64,000 nucleotides of DNA from positions 374,296 through 438,295 of the forward strand of contig JBMNHG010000002.1 of NCBI GenBank assembly GCA_050950285.1, given 5' to 3'. Position 1 is the stretch's first letter; every line of letters starts with the position of its first letter. This document shows, piece after piece, positions 59,106 to 64,000 of this stretch. Made by a program: the position numbers and the translations under genes. This DNA comes from Kiritimatiellia bacterium (GTDB lineage Bacteria > Verrucomicrobiota > Kiritimatiellia > RFP12 > JBMNHG01). Under the pieces are notes generated by a model. That model saw only the letters and a list, made by a program, of their open reading frames with translations. It was not told the DNA's origin and searched no databases.

Positions 59106-60127
59106 GATGGGAAGTCGATGCCGGTTTTCCGGTCGGCGCTGTCGCGGGCGAGGAGGCAGGCCCGGGCGACGTCCACCATCTCGTCGCGGGAGACGGGAGG
59201 TTCGCCCGTGCCGCGGATGGCGGCAAGGAAGGCCTTGAAGTAGCCGTCGGGCGTCGGATAGAGGTCCATGCGGCGTTCGCCGGGGGCGTCGCCGTTGATG
59301 AGGTAGCAGTTGTCCTCTCGCACTTCCACCACGCCTTCCGTTCCGACGATGCGGAGGCGGTCGTCGCCGTGGCTGGCGGCGTTCGGCGGACGCAAGTAGT
59401 CCAGTGAAACCGTTGCGAAGACGTCTCCCTCGAGCTCGAAGAGCATCTGCGCGGCGCTTTCGAGGTCGCCGTGGCCGTGGTTGTAGCGGGTGGTGTGGCG
59501 CGCGGAGACGGAGACGAACTTCGCGTCGCAGCACCAGCGCACCCAGTCGATGGCGTGGACGCCCACCCACGGGATGATGCCCGTTCCGGTGAGTCGGTTG
59601 CGGAAGAACTCCTCGCGGGTGCCGAAGCGGTAGGACTTCTGGGCCTGGAAGAGGCGGGGCTCGCCGATCGCGCCGGCGGCGACGAGTTTGTGGGCGAGCC
59701 AGAAGCAACCGGTGTAGCGCATGGCGAGAAGCGGCACCACCACCCGGTCGGGATGGGCGGCGAGGGCGCGCTCGAGAAGGGCGAGGTCTTCGTGTGTTCC
59801 GGCCACGGGTTTTTCGGTGAAGACGTGGAGGCCGCGATCGAGAGCGGCGGCCGTCATGGCCGCGTGCTGGTCGAAAGGCCCGCAAACAACCACGGCGTCG
59901 ACGTTGTCCTGCGCCAGCAGCTCCTGCCAGTCCGGGCAGAGGGTGGGCTCGAAGCCCCGTGCGCGGGCGGCGTCCACGATGGGCTGGACGCTTTCCCCGG
60001 CAGGAGCCGGCGCGATGCAGGTGATGGAGGTGTCCGCGCCGCCCTGGATGTCGCCCATGGCGACGCCCCAGTGGCCGCGATTGCCGATGAAGCCGATGCG
60101 AAGGGTGTCCGGGGAAGGTGTTTTCAT
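59102..60127 (-). CDS. Gfo/Idh/MocA-family oxidoreductase
   Basis: N-terminal Rossmann-like region, HVFTEKPVA and VGVHAIDW motifs. Confidence 0.88.
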   Translation of the reverse strand: MKTPSPDTLRIGFIGNRGHWGVAMGDIQGGADTSITCIAPAPAGESVQPIVDAARARGFEPTLCPDWQELLAQDNVDAVVVCGPFDQHAAMTAAALDRGLHVFTEKPVAGTHEDLALLERALAAHPDRVVVPLLAMRYTGCFWLAHKLVAAGAIGEPRLFQAQKSYRFGTREEFFRNRLTGTGIIPWVGVHAIDWVRWCCDAKFVSVSARHTTRYNHGHGDLESAAQMLFELEGDVFATVSLDYLRPPNAASHGDDRLRIVGTEGVVEVREDNCYLINGDAPGERRMDLYPTPDGYFKAFLAAIRGTGEPPVSRDEMVDVARACLLARDSADRKTGIDFPS

Positions 60128-60148
60128 GATGGGGATGGGGGGATGGGG

Positions 60149-60814
60149 CTACGTGCAGAGGACGGGGGTCGAGGTGCCGCCCACGCCGAGGCGGGTGGCT
60201 CCGAGTTCGAGGTAGCGCAGGGCTTGTTCGCGAGTCCGGATGCCGCCGGAGGCTTTCACCCCGATGCGGCCCCCGGCCGCTTCGACCAGGGTTCCCACCA
60301 TCTCTTCGGAGGCGCCGGAGGCGGCGAAGCCGGTGGAGGTTTTGACGAAATCCGCCTGGGCCCGGATGGCGGCTTCCGTGGCCTTGGCGGCCTGTTCCGG
60401 GGCAAGGAGACAGGTCTCGAGGATCACCTTCACCAGCACGCCGGCGGGGCGGGCCACGGACGTGACGGCGCGGATGTCGTCCGCGACCTGTTCCCAGAGG
60501 CCGGCGCGAATCCAGCCGATGTTGGCGACCATGTCGATCTCGTGCGCGCCGAGGTCCACATAGCGGCGCGCCTCGTCGCCCTTGGAGGCGGAGAGGATGC
60601 CGCCATGGGGGAAGGCCAGGACGCAGGAGACGCCGGTGTCGCTTCCCCGGCAGAGATCCAGGGCGAGCGGGATGTCGCACGGGCGCACGCAGACGGTTCG
60701 CACGTGGTATCGAAGGCCGAGCTCGATCTGCGCCCGGGCGTCCGACGGGGTCATGTCGGGCTTCAAGAGGGCATGGTCGATGGTCCGGTTCACGGGCACT
60801 GGAATGTTCGACAT
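60149..60814 (-). CDS. deoC: Deoxyribose-phosphate aldolase family protein
   Basis: IDHALLKP, EIDMV, KVILET, FVKTSTGF, VKASGGIR and GATRLG motifs. Confidence 0.9.
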   Translation of the reverse strand: MSNIPVPVNRTIDHALLKPDMTPSDARAQIELGLRYHVRTVCVRPCDIPLALDLCRGSDTGVSCVLAFPHGGILSASKGDEARRYVDLGAHEIDMVANIGWIRAGLWEQVADDIRAVTSVARPAGVLVKVILETCLLAPEQAAKATEAAIRAQADFVKTSTGFAASGASEEMVGTLVEAAGGRIGVKASGGIRTREQALRYLELGATRLGVGGTSTPVLCT

Positions 60815-60836
60815 GGGCGTCCTTCCTTCCAAGGGC

Positions 60837-62537
60837 TCAGCGGCGGGCCTTGGTGCGGATTTCGATGAGCTTCTTCATGACCGGCTCGAGGTCGGGGTGC
60901 TTGCCGGTCCGACCGAAAGCGTCGTGGAGAGCGAGGTACAGCGGGAAGAGTTCGGCGTACACCTTCACGTTGGCGGGCTTCGGCCGATAGCACGCGTCCT
61001 TCACGCCGGTCATGGCCTTCTGGGCGGCGGCGGTGCCGGGATAGGCGCCGCCGACGACAGCCCCGAAGATGGCGGCGCCGAGCGCGCAGGTCTGGGCGGA
61101 GCGGCTCACGCGCATCGGGCGATTGCAGACGTCCGCGTAGATCTGCATGGTGAAGGGGCTCTTTTCGGCGATGCCGCCGCAGTTGACCACCTCTTTCACC
61201 TTCACGCCGAACTCCTCGAAGCGGCGGATGATGGCCAGCGCGCCGAAGGCCGTGGCTTCGACGAGGGCGCGGTAGACCTCGGGAGCGGTGGTATGAAGGG
61301 TCTGGCCCACAAGCAGGCCGCCGAGCATGGGATCGACCAGGACGGTGCGGTTGCCGTTGTTCCAATCGAGCGCGATCAACCCGCTGGCGCCGGGCTTGGT
61401 GGTGGCGGCCTCCTTCTCGAGGTTCGCGATGGCGTTGCCCGTCTTCGTGTAGGCGGCCGGGGCGAGATGGCGGGAGAACCAGAGGAAAATGTCGCCCACG
61501 GCGGACTGGCCCGCCTCCATGCCCGTCATGCCGGGGACGATCGAGCCGGGGACGATGCCGCAGATGCCGGGGATGTCGGGCACCTTCGTCCGGGCATCCG
61601 CCACGAGCATGTCGCAGGTGGAGGTCCCGATGATCTTCACGAGCGTGCCCGGCTTGATGCCCGCGCCGACGGCGCCGTGATGGGCGTCGAAGGCGCCGAC
61701 GGCCACGGGGATGTCGCGCGGGAGGCCCGTTTCCTTCGCCACCTCGGGGATGAGGAAGCCGGCGACCTGGTCGGAGGCCTTGACCTGCCCGGGACCGTAG
61801 AGGCGGTCGCGGAGGTCGGCGAGCGCGGGATCGAGCTTCCTGAGGAAGGCCTTCGAGGGGAGGCCGCCCCATTCCTCGGAGTACATCGCCTTGTGGCCGG
61901 CGGCGCAGATGCTCCGGGCCATCTTGGAGGGATCGAGCGTGCCGGTGACGTACGCCGGCACGAAGTCGCAGAGCTCCACCCACGAGGCGGCGGCCTCGAA
62001 GACCGCGGGAGCGACCTTTTTGCAGTGCCAGACCTTCGACCAGAACCACTCGCTCGAATAGGTTCCGCCGCACTTCTCCAGATAGGGGGCGCCGGCCTTC
62101 CGGGCGGCGGCGGTAATGGCCTCCGCCTCCGCGAAGGAGGTGTGGTCCTTCCAAAGCCAGGCGTGGGCGGCCGGGTTCTTCGCGAACTTCCGGGTCATCG
62201 CAAGCGGCCGGCCCTTGGCGTCCACCGGAATCGGTGTCGAACCGGTGGTGTCCACGCCGATGCCGACGACCTTCCCGGGATCGAACCCCTTGATCTTCTT
62301 CGCCTGCTTCACGACGGCTTTCACGCAGGCGAGGAAGCCCTGGATGTAGTCGGCGGGGTTCTGGCGCGCGAGGTTGGGATCCTTGGGGTCGAGGATGATG
62401 CCGGCCTCGCCGGCAGGGTACGGGAAGACGTGGGTGGCGAGTTCGGTTCCATCGCGGATGTCCACCAGCAGGGCGCGGCAGCTGTTGGTTCCGTAATCCA
62501 CGCCGATGGCGTACAAGGGGGCGGCGGTCTTCTTCAT
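60837..62537 (-). CDS. araB: Ribulokinase (FGGY family)
   Basis: GVDYGTNSCRA, GVDTTGST, LWKDHT, YSSEWFW, FDAH, GTSTCD, EAGQSAVGD and DWNNGNR motifs. Confidence 0.9.
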   Translation of the reverse strand: MKKTAAPLYAIGVDYGTNSCRALLVDIRDGTELATHVFPYPAGEAGIILDPKDPNLARQNPADYIQGFLACVKAVVKQAKKIKGFDPGKVVGIGVDTTGSTPIPVDAKGRPLAMTRKFAKNPAAHAWLWKDHTSFAEAEAITAAARKAGAPYLEKCGGTYSSEWFWSKVWHCKKVAPAVFEAAASWVELCDFVPAYVTGTLDPSKMARSICAAGHKAMYSEEWGGLPSKAFLRKLDPALADLRDRLYGPGQVKASDQVAGFLIPEVAKETGLPRDIPVAVGAFDAHHGAVGAGIKPGTLVKIIGTSTCDMLVADARTKVPDIPGICGIVPGSIVPGMTGMEAGQSAVGDIFLWFSRHLAPAAYTKTGNAIANLEKEAATTKPGASGLIALDWNNGNRTVLVDPMLGGLLVGQTLHTTAPEVYRALVEATAFGALAIIRRFEEFGVKVKEVVNCGGIAEKSPFTMQIYADVCNRPMRVSRSAQTCALGAAIFGAVVGGAYPGTAAAQKAMTGVKDACYRPKPANVKVYAELFPLYLALHDAFGRTGKHPDLEPVMKKLIEIRTKARR

Positions 62538-62598
62538 CGTGGCGTACTCCGAAAGGGCGCGGAAACCGGCATTCCTTGCCGTCCGCATCCGTGGTGAC

Positions 62599-62627
62599 AC
62601 TTTATCGTTCCCCCGCGTGTTTCGCAA
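62599..62627 (-). promoter_or_regulatory. Putative promoter of the ribulokinase cluster
   Basis: Minus strand TTGCGA-17 nt-TAAAGT. Confidence 0.45.
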
Positions 62628-63999
62628 GCCGCAACCGCATGCCGGGAGAGGCCGGCGCGGGGCGGTCCGATTCGAGGGAGGCCGGGAGCCAGCGGGCGAG
62701 GTGCCGCAATCCGCAGCGTTCCGCCATCGTTCGCAGCGTCGCGGCGGCAGGAGGGATGAATGCGGCGAAGCGCGGGATGCCCAGCTCGGTGAGGCGTCCG
62801 AAGGCGCCCAGGGCCTGGACCAGCCGCTGCACCGCCGCCCACGGGAAGAGGCGGATCGCGTCGCCGCCGCCGCCGGGGAGCGCCCGGGCGTACCGTTCGA
62901 GAAGGCGCATGCGCGCCGCGTCGTCGAGGATGGAAACGTACGCGTCGCACAGGAGCGAAGCGAGATCGTAGGCGGCGGGCCCCAGGCGCATTCCCTGGAA
63001 GTCGACGAGAAGGATGCCGCCGTCCGGGCGGCAGAAGACGTTGCTGGACTGCAAATCGCGATGGATGAGCACCTGCGGCGCGGCGGCGAGGCGCGCCGCC
63101 GCCTCCTCCAGCTCGCGGGCGATTTCCGCCGGGAGTCCCGGAAGCCCCAGCCGCCGCCGCACGATGTACTTTGCGAAGAGCTCGTGCTCCCAGCGCATCA
63201 CGGTGAGATCGAGCGGAGGCTCCAGCGTGGTCCCCTCCGCGCGCACGGCGTCGGCTCCGCGCGAATGCATCGTCGCGACGACGGGGAGAAGACGGTCGTA
63301 GGCGGCGAGCGCGGCGGCGGGGCGGCGGGCGGCGAGCGTCTCGAGCGACAGGTCGCCCGCGTCCTCGAGCGCCAGCGCACGCGCTTCGGGCGCCTCTGCC
63401 AGCACGCGCGGCACCGGCACGCCGGCACGTCGCAGGATCGCGGCATGCCCGGCGTAGCGGTCGTTCTCGGCACGCTCCCCGCCGTGGCGGACGTAGACCG
63501 CGGTGGCGCCGTCTTCGGCGAACAGGCGAAGGAACGAGCGGTTCGAGCCGCGCATCCCCCCCAGCGGTTCGAGCCATGTCCCCGGAAGAGACCACCCCAT
63601 CGCGGAAAGGATGGGCGCCAGCGCGGGATCCGGCCAGTCGAAAGCGCGGAATCGCACCCCCTCGCCCCGCCGATCGGGAAGACGGAAGGGATAGTCGGGA
63701 AGGGGCGGAAGCGGAGGGTCCGCCGGAAAAACGGCGCGCCGTTTTTCCGCCTTTCGCAAGCGCGCGAGATCGCGCCGCACCTCCAGCAGGCGTTCCAGCG
63801 TCCCCGCATCGTTCCAGTATCCCGAACGGGTCCGGATGCCGAAGACGGACTCCCCGGCGCGCATGCCGGCCTCGTAGACGGAAATCACCGAAAAGACGTC
63901 CTGGCCGGGAAAGTACCCGAAGATTCGCGGGGAAAGGAGCTGCACGCCGCAAAAGGTGGCGGTGCCGGGGGAACCGGGGGTGGCGGAGCGGAAGGTCGT
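62602..63999 (-). CDS. 5'-partial fusion of a sugar-phosphate nucleotidyltransferase (MurU-like C-terminal part) and an AmgK-like phosphotransferase
   Basis: Frame open to the window edge: TFCGVQLLSP...YWNDAGT (end of NTP_transferase), then GSNRSFLR, LEDAGD, HRDLQSSN, VDFQG and YDLASLL.DAY. Confidence 0.78.
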   Translation of the reverse strand, partial: TTFRSATPGSPGTATFCGVQLLSPRIFGYFPGQDVFSVISVYEAGMRAGESVFGIRTRSGYWNDAGTLERLLEVRRDLARLRKAEKRRAVFPADPPLPPLPDYPFRLPDRRGEGVRFRAFDWPDPALAPILSAMGWSLPGTWLEPLGGMRGSNRSFLRLFAEDGATAVYVRHGGERAENDRYAGHAAILRRAGVPVPRVLAEAPEARALALEDAGDLSLETLAARRPAAALAAYDRLLPVVATMHSRGADAVRAEGTTLEPPLDLTVMRWEHELFAKYIVRRRLGLPGLPAEIARELEEAAARLAAAPQVLIHRDLQSSNVFCRPDGGILLVDFQGMRLGPAAYDLASLLCDAYVSILDDAARMRLLERYARALPGGGGDAIRLFPWAAVQRLVQALGAFGRLTELGIPRFAAFIPPAAATLRTMAERCGLRHLARWLPASLESDRPAPASPGMRLRLAKHAGER

Positions 64000-64000
64000 G

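Overview
GC-rich bacterial chromosomal segment, most likely from the PVC superphylum (a Kiritimatiellota/Lentisphaerota-like anaerobe; inferred from gene content, not confirmed). Housekeeping genes (folB, ferredoxin, dksA-like, lspA, miaA, cobO, folP, hflX, rpsA, tyrS, tRNA-Ser(GCT), pyrC, panB, cysTWA, a topo IV-like pair, rlmI, metK) are mixed with glycan-use genes (GH29, GH38, an esterase, GH172/DUF2961, and a ribulokinase-deoC-Gfo/Idh/MocA cluster) and three very large secreted proteins. Highlights: (1) two paralogous ~1600-aa secreted beta-helix proteins that both end in G-T-M-L-[F/L]-L-R straight after a choice-of-anchor-Q-like DIGA[YF]E motif, a candidate short C-terminal sorting signal; (2) a VIT-domain PEP-CTERM protein with a dedicated exosortase; (3) an IS630 element with TIRs and a TA duplication inside a membrane Ser/Thr kinase gene; (4) a 121-bp MITE-like element with 18-bp TIRs and a TTTC duplication; (5) a DksA with a ~200-aa histone-H1-like N-terminus; (6) several promoters positioned for leaderless mRNAs. 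Seven apparent frameshifts are all +1, which points to sequencing error. No CRISPR array, rRNA or prophage was seen. All product calls come from motif recognition only; no database searches were run.
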